Positions 16,901 through 28,809 of a stretch of 64,000 nucleotides of DNA are shown here, one piece after another. Made by a program: the position numbers and the translations under genes. Every line of letters starts with the position of its first letter. Position 1 is the stretch's first letter. Below the pieces are notes generated by a model. The model searched no databases. It saw only the letters and a list, made by a program, of their open reading frames with translations, and was not told where the DNA came from. Source of the DNA: Nymphaea colorata (Eukaryota); contig NC_045138.2 in assembly GCF_008831285.2 (NCBI RefSeq), forward strand, positions 30,194,001 through 30,258,000. Reading direction: 5' to 3'.

Positions 16901-19297
16901 AACTTGACTGAGTTGATTTGATTCATGTTCCTACCAACTTTCTCTTGCATGTTTGTGGTGTTTTGGCTAATTCAAGAATTACCTTTGTTTGTTAGTCACA
17001 GCTTGTTCCTACTGAATTTCCTAGTTAGAAGGGAGTTACTCTTGCAGACTTTCTCAAATGAGGAAAACGACTTTCTTTCATGGCTGTCCTGTTGCTATTG
17101 GTTGTTATTTTGGCTTTTAGATGGCTTGGTAGGCTTTTTTTTTTTATTGGGATTGGGCGGGGGCGCGGGGCGGGGAACTTTTTTAGTTGATTTATTCAGT
17201 CTTCTGCCATTGGCCTTTATTTTTTAGCGTTTAACTGCTTTTGAAGAGATTTATTATGTCCAGTTGGAAGGGTGATACTTTTCTTGCCTTTCTTCCGAAT
17301 CTTCACTGATGTGTTGCTATAATATATGATTTTTGAGTGAGAAGAGTTAGCTTTGCGTGCTGTACCCCATAAACTTCTCTTTGTAGACTTTTGTCAGTGC
17401 ATCTTCTCCATAATTTCTTTGCTTTAAAAAAATAAAATGAAAACTCATAATGAGGTCATTGTCAGTTCTCTTATAGTCTTATTTGCTGTTTTCCTCTGGG
17501 AGATTGGATTGGGCAATGTTATGCTTTCCTGGATGAGGTGGCCTTTAGGGGGTGTAGTGTTTTTGCCTTCCTCATGCGGTAGAGTCAGATAGCAATAAAG
17601 GGCAAAAGATACACTGTTGTAGAAGGGTTACAGTGGAAATTTTTCTACGATAATGTTGGAAGTTGGAACTAAACAGCTTTTCTTTGCAGTAGCTAGTTGG
17701 TGATTTTCCAGCAAATATGGTTAAACTGCTGAACCATTTTCTTGACCTTTTGATCCGTGTCTATATCAATGTTATAAAAGGCGTAGCGTATCGCGTATCG
17801 GTCGGGCTGACCTATACGCTGTATCGTAACGTATCGTAAACGTAGCGTAGCGTATCGTAAAATTAATTTTTTAATTTTAAAAAATATTTAAAAATCAGAA
17901 AAAATAGAGAAAATTTATTAAAAATCTGAAAAAATAAACAAAAAATAAGAAATCAAGAAAAATATGTTCAAATATAAAAAAGATCATCATACATAAGGAA
18001 CATTCATGTGTGTCAACAACGCATGCAAAAATTAGAAATTAGATATTCAAAATAACATAATAAGCATCCATCACAATTTTAAACTTGACAATTTTATAGA
18101 ATCTTAAGACTTAGAGTCTTAGGACTTTGAGTTTTAGGACTTATATTACATCACAATTTTATAAGTTCAAAACATATAGTTATCAACTTATCATCTTTCA
18201 TGATTTAACGATAATATTTTCCAAATCGATGAATCCTTGGTTATTTTTGATGAAAATGTGCAAAATCTCTCCCTCCTACGTCTCTTGGAGTCTTTAAATA
18301 CAAGAAGAGAGAGAGGGAGGAGTGTTTAAACTTTAAAAAATAAAAAATTTTGTGTTTTAACCCGTATCGTACGATACGGGGGTGTATCGCCCGTATCGTA
18401 CGATACGGCCCCCGTATCGCACGTATCGTGCGATACGTGTACGATACAGACGCGTATCGTCTTTAAACATCGTATCGTATAGGTTTTCTTGACCTATACG
18501 ATACGTATCGTACGATACGCGTCCGTATCGTACGATACGATAACATTGGTCTATATTATCTTCACTTGCAAATTATCAATAGAAATGTAGGATGCTTGAT
18601 GGGTCCCTCTTCTTAATTATTTCCTCTGAACAAGTGAAATTTGTTAGTAAACTGCCTCTTTTAACACATTGTGCTGTTAAATGAATACTTTAGGTTCGAT
18701 GTATGTATTTCTGAGACTCTCCTATAGGTGGACTTTGTGACCGTGCCCTTTCATATCTAGAGCAAGTCTATAAAGATGTTTCCTATTGCAGGTCTCCAGG
18801 CTATGGCATATCAGTAGTTGCTGAGACTACGACTGGATCCCTAATATCAGCTGAAGCATCAGCTTGTTACTCTGGTGGATATGGTGTAGACACCATTGTA
18901 GGTGAAGAAGGCAAACATGCTCCAACACCTCCTGAGGACCTGGGAGTTCAAGCTGCATCCCTGCTTCTGGAAGAGATTAAGCAGGGTGGGGTGGTCGATT
19001 CAACACACCAGGTCTGTGATGGTCATTAACTCGTATGCTTCATCCTGATAACAATAAGATTGATAGATCTCTTTGTATCCTTTCCAGGGTCTGCTGTTTC
19101 TTCTGTGTGCATTATGCCCACAAGATGTTTCGAAGGTCCGGGTTGGGAAGCTCTCGCCTTATGCAGTACAGACATTAAGAAACATAAGAGATTTTCTTGG
19201 TGTCAAGTTTGTGATCAAAGCAGACCCCACAACGAATACTGTGGTTTTGAAATGTGTAGGCTGCGGTTTAAAGAACCTCTCAAGGAAGATGTCATGA
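13928..19297 (+). CDS. RCL1: RNA 3'-terminal phosphate cyclase-like protein (18S rRNA processing factor Rcl1), 6 exons, ~380 aa
   Basis: Exons 13928-14132, 14278-14427, 16406-16587, 16676-16851, 18792-19011, 19088-19297; 1143 nt in frame, GT-AG introns. Motifs typical of Rcl1: FRLRLLLSTLS...PGLRPYEISLLRLLEK, HDCGPSRSIGYFLEPL, GITND..DPCVDTFR, RGSPPLGGGEV, SPGYGISVVAETTTG, GGVVDSTHQ, LKCVGCGLKNLSRK. Confidence 0.95.
15439..15716. mobile_element. hAT-type MITE (CATAGTCAC family) in RCL1 intron 2
   Basis: CATTGTCACAAAT...TCTGTGACTATG; perfect 8-bp TSD TTATAATC (15431-15438 / 15717-15724). Confidence 0.85.
17767..18548. mobile_element. Non-autonomous hAT-type element (CAATGTTAT family), copy 1, in RCL1 intron 4
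   Basis: TIR CAATGTTAT...ATAACATTG; perfect 8-bp TSD GTCTATAT (17759-17766 / 18549-18556); subterminal CGTAT/ATACG arrays; closely similar copy at 45277-46043. Confidence 0.92.
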
Positions 19298-20618
19298 AGT
19301 GCTTGAGGAGCTTTATTTACCGAGTTTAGGTGTTGGATGAGCTACCGTACCCGAGGATTTTATCACGCTTGAGTAACGCAAGCTGTCAAACAAATTTTGT
19401 GCCCAATTGTATTAATCTTAGTTTTCCTTAATATTATTTTTTTCAATATGATTGATGGCATTTTCTTTGTGCAAAAGTTGATTTTACTTGGAACTTAGGT
19501 AATGATCAATTATTGAGCTTCTGGTTGTCATACTAACAAGCATTCCTCGTCATGCAACTGGATTTCGCTGCCATATCAATCAAGGAGCCGTGGTTGGTGG
19601 TGCCTAAATTTGGGAGCCATGTTTAGATACAAGTTAGACAGCTTTTCCCCCCTAAGAAGGTGGATCCCTTGTGGGGCGGTCGGTCCTACTAATGTGAAGA
19701 CCCTTGGTATTGTCTTTTCGAACGTCGTATACGCACAAATTCAAAGATAAGATTTATGGCCGTGCTTGTTAGCAGGAACTTGGTGTTCCTATACCGTTGG
19801 CACGTAAGGAGACTGTGTTCCAGAAGAACATATGTAACCTGTTTCGGGAATGCGTTTCCCTCACCCCCGCAGCTCCATCTCCATGAACGGTGGGGACAAA
19901 AACTTGTCTCACTCTGCCTTTGGGCCACAAACGGTTTCGCAACCCCGTCTAGCAAAACAACTGGTGAATGGTTTCTAGAATAAGTGGTTCCACGAAGACA
20001 ATCCCACCACATCAAAACCTTGATGTTTCGAAGAAGTGGGAGCTGCCTATTCCTTGCCTGCGCAAATGGGTTATGTTTGGCTGTATAGTTAGCGGTGATT
20101 GAGGGACAACATAGCAGAACCCGTTTCAAAACCTCGATAAAAAAGGTAACAGGAAGGGAGAGGTTTGACCCATGTAAGCCACGATGGGACAAACTACAGA
20201 CATTCCATGCAAAACACAAAAGAAATAGTAGTAGAGTTACGGCAGAGAAATCCAACACTCAGCTTAATTTACAAATCTTTACTTGCCACATTGCTTGGTT
20301 CAACTAATTTCATACGGAAGTTACAGCAATTTAAGGGCAGAGAACATTGTGAACAGGCGGGATATACATTACTAACAGCAGATACAAAACTATCAGCGGA
20401 CACTGTGAGGTGGCACAGAGGGCGTATTTCCAAGCGAAACCTCAAAAATGTCAGATGCACCTATTTTCACATAACAAATTCACTAAACAGTTATAATATA
20501 TAACAATAATGTTATAATAAAGAACCTTGAAAACGGAACTTTTTGTGCAGATGCCATGACGGGGTACCCCTTTAAAAGAAGGATCGGGTGGATCAAAATC
20601 ACTCCATACAACTTGACG

Positions 20619-23600
20619 TCATAATTCCATACGTTGGGCAGCGAGTTCCTTGAGAGACCTAACGAGCCTGTGGAACACTTTCAAGCTGTGACCAACCTTT
20701 TCCTACAGAGAAATTCCTTGTTAAAAGCTATATACGTGTTCAGAAGGCTGAAAGAACAATATAGATGCTTAAAGAGTCCATTTGTAGACCGTGTACTCAT
20801 CAAGAATTGCACGCATAAAGGGCATGACTAATACCAAGAAAACTATTACATGATAAGGTTTTTGGTTAAAAATAACAGGTTAGTGTGAAAACCTTTCCTC
20901 TAATTTTCAGGTACTTCCTCTATAAATTTCCTACGGCACAGAGACAGCATGAATAAGCAGATTTAATCGCAAAACAAAAATCTGATAAAAGGATCAGGCT
21001 GGATTCCCTATAGCAAAGCTGTTGGCTGCTAACAAGTTGGAGCAAAAGTCCCTAAAATGAGTAAATGGACTAGGTGATCCTTGTCAGTTTCAAAACAATA
21101 AAATAGGATTAAGCAGATAAATAAAAATTATATCTAAAAGAATAATTAAAGACGTAGGAAAGGGAACTATATATATGCAGCAAAAGCAACAATATACAAA
21201 ATTATACAACAAAAATTATAAGGAGAGTTAAAATCAATCTCATCCCATATTGGAAAAAAATTGATTCATGCACACATAACGGTATCAGACGGCAAAAGAA
21301 AGCCTGGGTTGCACTCTTGTGTGGCTAAGGAAACAACTCTTTGGCAGGTCTCATATACAGACTGCAATATGTCAAATGAGTAAATCGAAGCTCTAATTGG
21401 AACAATCACCTGAAAAGGTAATATGGAAGAATACAAAAGAAATGAAACACTAATACAACAAGCATACCTCATTCAATAATGAAAGCTGCTCCAGGGTGGG
21501 AAGTAGATTTGTACACAGTAATTGGATGTCTTGTTTTCTACTGGCACTATTTTCCAATACAGAATCAAATTTAAAAAGAACCAAATAAATATGAATTTCA
21601 CATAATGCAGAAGCTAAAGATGAATACCTGTCTTGAAAATGTATGAAAAGAATATTAAGTGCATGCTCTAAAATTCGAAGAAAGAGCATGATAAGCTGAC
21701 CCCTCTTCCCTGCAGCTCGGCACATTTCAAGCATCGCAACATGCCTCCTGATTGCAACATGATAAGAAAAAAAAGCTTCAATTTTACATACTGAAAGAGT
21801 CATTCAGAAGTAGCTAGAAAATGTTGTATCTAAAACAAAGCATTGGAGACAGATCTAAGTTAGACAGGAAAATGGAAGACTATCAAAAAATATCTAGCAC
21901 ATGTGCACATGTATAAACAATAAAGTGAATGTCAATCTAAAGTACCATTAAACTTCTAGAAAACTAATTATACAATGGTGTGCATTAATTAAACCATGAA
22001 AAGGATAAATGCAAACACAAAGAAACAAACTGTGACATAAAGAGTTACCTCTTCTGCATGCTATCAGATGCCAAAATATAATCTTGACGCATGAACATAT
22101 CGATAATTTCATCAACCTCATACCTGGACAGGTCGTTGATGTCCAGGACCTGAAAAACAAGCAAAATGTGTAAATAACTCTGATCTCCTATAGCATTAGC
22201 TACAGTAAGATAAAAAGGAGAAGAGCATACCTTGCTTAGCAGTAATGTTTTCTCATCAATAGCAGTAAAGAGAGCTGTTGTAATAGAAGTAAGAAATGTA
22301 ACAACTAATGGCAATGTAGGCTGCAGCTGCCCACCAGGGAAGTTGGAGTTACCATGACTGGCTGAAATCTGTTAGAACAGACAGGAAGAAAAAGGCTCAA
22401 TTGCAGCAGTGAACATTTACAGAAGCCTACTATAACCCACATGTCTCATGATTATCATATAGCAATTCGCAAACCAATTGTTATAAAAAAAATAAAAAAG
22501 TGAGTTTAAATATTGTGATAAGCCTGTAGCACAATGGTAGCAAGAAACAGAAACAGCTTAGCGAGAGGAAAATCACGATGGAATTTGCTGTTAGTGTACA
22601 AATGTCAGGCAAACAAGAAACTTAAGGCTCATTCCATAGTTATCTCTAACTTATATTTATATCAAGCACCTCGAAGATCCTAATGCAGCTTAAAGAAAAA
22701 GGCCCAATGATTTTGGTTCAAGAAACTTAAGACTCGTTCAACAGGGACTTAAATTTTCACTTCGAGATACATGAGTTAAAAATCACCACCCCACCCTAAC
22801 AATAAAAAATTGAAGGCTTGGCTCATACTTAATAAAGCTTGAGGGAGAAAACAAGCTCAAGCTCGGTAGTCAAGCTCCACTTGAGCATGAGAATTCTCAA
22901 GAAGGTAACAATCCAAGCTTTAAGGCAGCTCAACAAGTGTCCATGATACTATCAAGTCGTGGTAACATATAAACAACTCTTAACAGTAAACAATATACAC
23001 CCATATCAAGCACAATAAGTCTCAAACTTCAGGAGACAATCAACAAGTTGATTTTGCATACCTGCAGTTTAAGGCCCTTCCTCATGATCAAGAAATAAAG
23101 ATAAGAAATCAAACTATAGCACAATCGGGACAACAAAAATCCTGATTTCTTTACAACCTGGAGAAATTATGAAAAATTAAAAACAAGCTCCAACAAGGAA
23201 GACAAAATCAGATATATATGAATTATATTTATACCTCAGCAGATCGAGAAGAATATGGACGATGAAAAGACTCCGCATCATAAGAAAATAACTCATTCAT
23301 TAAGCCAAACAGAGCTTGCACAAAACCAAAGTCGTCATGCTCATCATAAGGCCAAACCTAAAGAACAAATACCATAGATCACTTAGCTCCAATTAACCCT
23401 GTTGTAACAAAAATATAGTTTCTGGAGATTAGAACCTAAATACCATGTTACCTTGGTAACAATGGCTACAGCAGTATCAACCAGCTCCAAAGTTGAGTCA
23501 TTAGCAGAAAGCAGCTCCTCCCGAAGAGCAACATCAAATATCACTTGGTGCTCCTTGGTGAATTCAACAATATCTCTGACAACCTTGTTCTTTACCTATG

Positions 23601-26600
23601 ACACACAATAAAAGACAAATTTCACAAAAATTGCACTAGTAAACACTACATCAGTCTTCACTGAAGGTAACATTTCCATGCAAACCCCATATGGGAAAAA
23701 GAACAAAGGAAATCACAGATTGGAGAACTTAAGAGGACCTCAAGTCAATTAAATTTAGACCACAGGGGTACATTAGGACCTCAGTAGAAACTACACAGAA
23801 AGTAGATAAAAGATATTGTCGTATAAGCACCTAATGGCATATTCCATGCCATAATGTGATTATGGTCCATGCTATGATGTAAAAACTAGAAAGGAAATAC
23901 ATATCTAAACAAAGCACTAACGTAAACAAATAACAAAGTGCTAGGTAGCAGGCAAACCTCAAAGAAATCAGAGACATCAACCAGTGAAGTCAAACATAAA
24001 ATCAGTCTGAGAACAGCAGGGACAAGCAGAAACTGTTTGTTCATCCCTCCAAGCATATCATTGCCGACCATGGAATCTGACCACTGGAAACCACCCTGGT
24101 GGAAACAAGAATCAGTAGTAATAAATTTAAAGACGAAAAAAAACAAACTTTTACCTGAATATAACGGTCTAATGCTTTCCATGGAGTAAGATGTTCAAGA
24201 GTGTTCATGGAGAACAAAATCTGAACACCAGATTTTCGGTACTTGCAACTAATTCGAACAAGCAGTGAAATCTCTGCCTCAATCGTACACAGTTTCTGCA
24301 CGGAATCAAGCATAGCCCGAGAAGTATCCTGCAAGATTATTTTGGTGATTAAAAGGAGAAATAAATTAGCCTACTCAAAAAGCTGACAAAAGATGCAGCG
24401 GGACTAATTTTAAATGGACTGGAAGCATCACTGATTTCCAACATAAAATAAGACATGCAAAATATAAGAAAAACTTATTTCAAGAACTTCAAAGGATCAG
24501 TGTTGCCAATATGATTGACCAGCTCCAAAATATCAATCATGCAAAGACATTTTCAAAACATCTGAGGTACTGGTAAGTGGATTTCTAAGAAGGATAGTAG
24601 GTTGAAGATATTGAAAATGTAATAATTAGTTTCTAGATAGAATGATGACAGTCATCAGCAAGCTACATTAAAGACGAGAAGCATACATCCTCAATTTACA
24701 CAAGATGAGAAAAGAAAAATGTGAAAAACTGGAGAACAGAAATTTCATTTACAAATGCTTCAAAATAAAGATCACCAACTTGAAAATTATCAGCAGAAAT
24801 GACTTCCGGTTCCAAGTTATTGAATACATTGAAACAGGGTATACTTTCAAGAAAAATCTAGAAAGTAAAAACTCAAAAAAGAGATTCATGGTCCTGAACA
24901 TGCCAGAATGCTCAGCAGGTTATCACTAGATATGACATCTGGTCCTGTGATGCTTAGTGAGTTGTGCACATTGGTCCCAACTCCCAACTAGTGCATATTG
25001 AATGCATGGAAATAAAGTTACACTTCCTTTTCTATATCTATAATATTCTAGAAAGAAAGTAGGGATTCAACAAAGAGATTCAGGATTCTGACCATGAGCA
25101 GAACGCTAGCAGTCTATTCACAGGGGATTGGCTAGAGGTCATCAGATGCCTTAGGGCATAATTAAAAAAACAATATTTTAGAAAAATGCAGTTAGCTGTC
25201 ATCACACAAGCTACTCGTAGACAGACAGTAGCAATAATGACCCGTGAAGAAGCACAGAGCCACAGACCTAGTCCAAGTCCTAACATCCACACAATTCTAA
25301 CAGGCATTTTAGGAACCATTCAGTTTGAAAAGACATGTCATATATATGTATTTGGATCTGGATTGGATCCAACTTATGAAAGTTGTGTCGTCTTTACAAG
25401 TCCCAACATGACATGGGAGCATGATTGTTATTTTTGCAACATTTAATGTACTTTTATGTCTTGTAATGAGAATAGGACACACCAAATAGAGTGAGGTTGC
25501 TGTCACATTGTTCAAGGAACCCCTTTCTCTGTGTCATCACTTATGAATATCAATTAAAAGATGCAACATGGTATCAGAGCCACAGATCAGAGGCAGTATG
25601 CTTCCAAACGTATGACACTGCCATCACAACAAGCCATGCAAAATGAACAGGCAGCATGCTTGCTCCCACATTTATAAACAGGAAGGGGGCAACTACTGCC
25701 CATACTGACAGTCTGATTGAAGCCCCATCTAGGTATCTTCACTTGGCAGCCCATTCACAACATCTCCACATATTTAATGTCTCAATTATCTTCATGGACA
25801 TCAAAAATATTATGCTTATATAGCCAAATAGTACATGGAACAAAAAATCAAATCATTTTGATGTAATGAAAAAAATCTTCAACATGAGTAATGAAAAAAA
25901 TCTTCAACATGACTATACTGCAATAGTCACTGTTGCTCTGCGAAAAATTGGTTAACAGTTTAAATTTTTCTGTTTCTTTTATCATTTTAATCACTATCTT
26001 GACTTTCAAAAATGCTTTGTAAGAAAATTGTCTGTACATACACTCCGAACTTCAGAATTCTCAGCTGACTCGGTGACTCAATCTTCAACCAGGTCAAAAA
26101 ATGGAAAAACCAAGAAATCACTGGAATTAGCGGAGTCATGGAATGACTAGGCTAAGCATTAAGTTTCAACAAGTTAGCGAGCCTGAGACGGCTGAGTGAT
26201 TGAGTGTTTTTGGTGATTGGCTTCGAGTGTGATTTTCTTTCACCAATTTGGGATGCTTTTTGTACCCATTTGTGACTTAGTGTTCCTGACACACTCATCC
26301 AGGATTGTATGACATGCACATTGACAAGAAAGAGGAAAGAAAATCAGCAGCAAAGACTGATATAATGCCCATTCTAATAATTACTACGAAAAGATACTGG
26401 TCATATCATTCACAAAAATGTTGCAACACTTTATCAGTCCTGCACTTGAGTCCGAAGATATGCAAGTAGACATATGATCTACGAAAAGAATGGTATTCTA
26501 ATGTGGAAACTTACCAAAAAAAGGCAAGTCAGTCAAACATACTGCCAATGCATGAAAAATGATTGAACATATTACCAGAAATGACGAATTCCTAATGTCA

Positions 26601-28762
26601 GATAGGCAAGACTGCAGCAGTCCTCTGCTTTGGAGATGAGACAAAAAAAATTGATCTCGATCGATGCTGATTAATGTGTCCAAGACAAAAATTGAAATAG
26701 TCCTCCCAATTTCACTTGCATGTTTTGCATCCTTTACAATCTATAAATCAAAAATGAATGAAATTAGGGAACAAGATAAGACGGGGATGATAAAATAGTG
26801 CACAAACAAAATTGGAAAAGAAAAAGCAGGCTATGACCAAAACTTCAACGAGAAACAACATATATGTAAAAAGTGCACAAGAATTTGACTCTTATAACTA
26901 GTCCCTAGTCTTGGGATGGACAGTCCAAACTGAAACACAAATGCACTTGAAAACAAGGACACAAAGGATGAAGCAATGCAATATAAAAACAATTTTTCAC
27001 AATAATGATCAACCATGGTATAAAATCTGAGGCATAATACCCAGCACAGCCTGAGTGAGAAACAAATGGAGCTGCTTTCATGCAACATGAAGATTTAATG
27101 GAAGAATGGAAGTACTAGTTGAATAAGTTTTCATTCAAGGCAGAAGGATAATGGAACTTTGTCCTCCAGGACACCGAGAAGAATGAAGGTGGGAGGATGA
27201 ATACAAGAGACAAGACAAGTTGCTCCAAAGAATGTGTCACTGTGATTTGAGGACTCAGATGGTAACCACAATTTAGACATGTAAAGTGATGCTTTTGGCA
27301 GCATGTAAAACTGTGATAAGCAGGCAAAGACTTTTCAGAAGCATTGACAAGAATAAAAATGCCAAAAGAGCAGAGAAAACAAACAGGCAGGACTCAAAAA
27401 AACAATTTTGCACAAGGCTCTACAGGCATCTAAAAATACATAACAAAGTCCAATTCATAGTCACAAATAACATTTTGGAGTTTTAAACTCTGGTATCATA
27501 TAGCGAGCTTGAAAAAAACAGGAAAAATATGATAAATTTTTAAAATATTAAAAAAACCAAAAGTGGGGGGAAAATAAAATAAGTGAGAAACTACTAACAC
27601 AAACATCAAAAGATAAGTAGATTTGCAACAAATAAAAAATAGAAAATGAAAAAAAAAAACTGTTTGGCATTAAAAAAAAGCAAAAAAAAAACTCGTTAAG
27701 TTTTTAACGTTTTTTAAAAAAAAGTATTTTTTAGTTTTAAATGGCAATTTAATTTATCGTCATTTTTTGCCTTTTTTTCGAAAAAAAATGCGTTTTTTTG
27801 TGACTATGGTCCAAATAATGCAAAAGCAATATGAGAATAAGGAGGCTGCTCTGTAGTATGAACTAAGAAGAGGTAGGGAAAATGCACTGTGGACTGGATA
27901 CTAAGTGTAAACTAGGCACTGGAACTGGCTTGTTTAATCATGTGAAATGACCAAAATTAACTAAATGAGTGGAAAGTTGTAGTCCCAAAATAATACAAAA
28001 ATAACAATAAAGTTTACAAAAAGAGTATGCTTCATGTCCAAGTACATGTGTGCACATGTACACTGTACACACACGTACAGATCCACTCATGCACTCGCAG
28101 ACACAACATGCACACACACACAAACATGCACACACGCAATGAGTGTGTATCGACAATTCAGCATAATAATCATGCCAACAGGAAGAGGCAACAAGAAATA
28201 AAGATAAACATATCTGCCTATGGTATTTAAGACAATAAAAAAAATGAAAATGCTGCACAAAATAATCTCCAAATTTTTAAGAAGAGACAACAAGAAATAA
28301 ATTTATCTGCCTATGGTATTTAAGACAATTGAAAAAACAAAAACACTGCTCAAAATATTTTCCCAATTTTCTTAGTTCAAGGAGCTAGGGCAATCACGAA
28401 AGTCCTGATCCAAGAACTTGCCATCCCCTTAAGGGTGGAAGAGGGTCGGCTACAACCATCAAAACCAAAACGATAACATTATTACATACAATGCAGGCAA
28501 AAGACAAAAGCTAACTCCACTGCATCCAATTCATCAGCCATAAATAGAACTTGAAAACTTTCATGCTCAATTTAAATAGTAACAGAATAAACACATAAAT
28601 AAAAGCACTCAGACCATATACAAATAAGAAATTCCCTCTCCCTCTACCTTAGCGTCAAAGCATGCCTTGGACAATAAAAAAACACTCCCCATGAAACACG
28701 CAAAAAAAAAACATCATGATTATCTCTGGCATTTATATATGTATATGTACCGGAGGTGCGGT

Positions 28763-28809
<47 letters not shown>

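Noticed and set aside
18361..18540. CRISPR-like or satellite-like array of CGTATCGTACGATACG repeats
   Set aside because: Eukaryotic context, no regular unique spacers or cas genes; the repeats are subterminal motifs of a TIR/TSD-bounded MITE.
27050..27330. Possible Copia reverse-transcriptase relic
   Set aside because: Resemblance to the YKARLVAK region is too degenerate to call.
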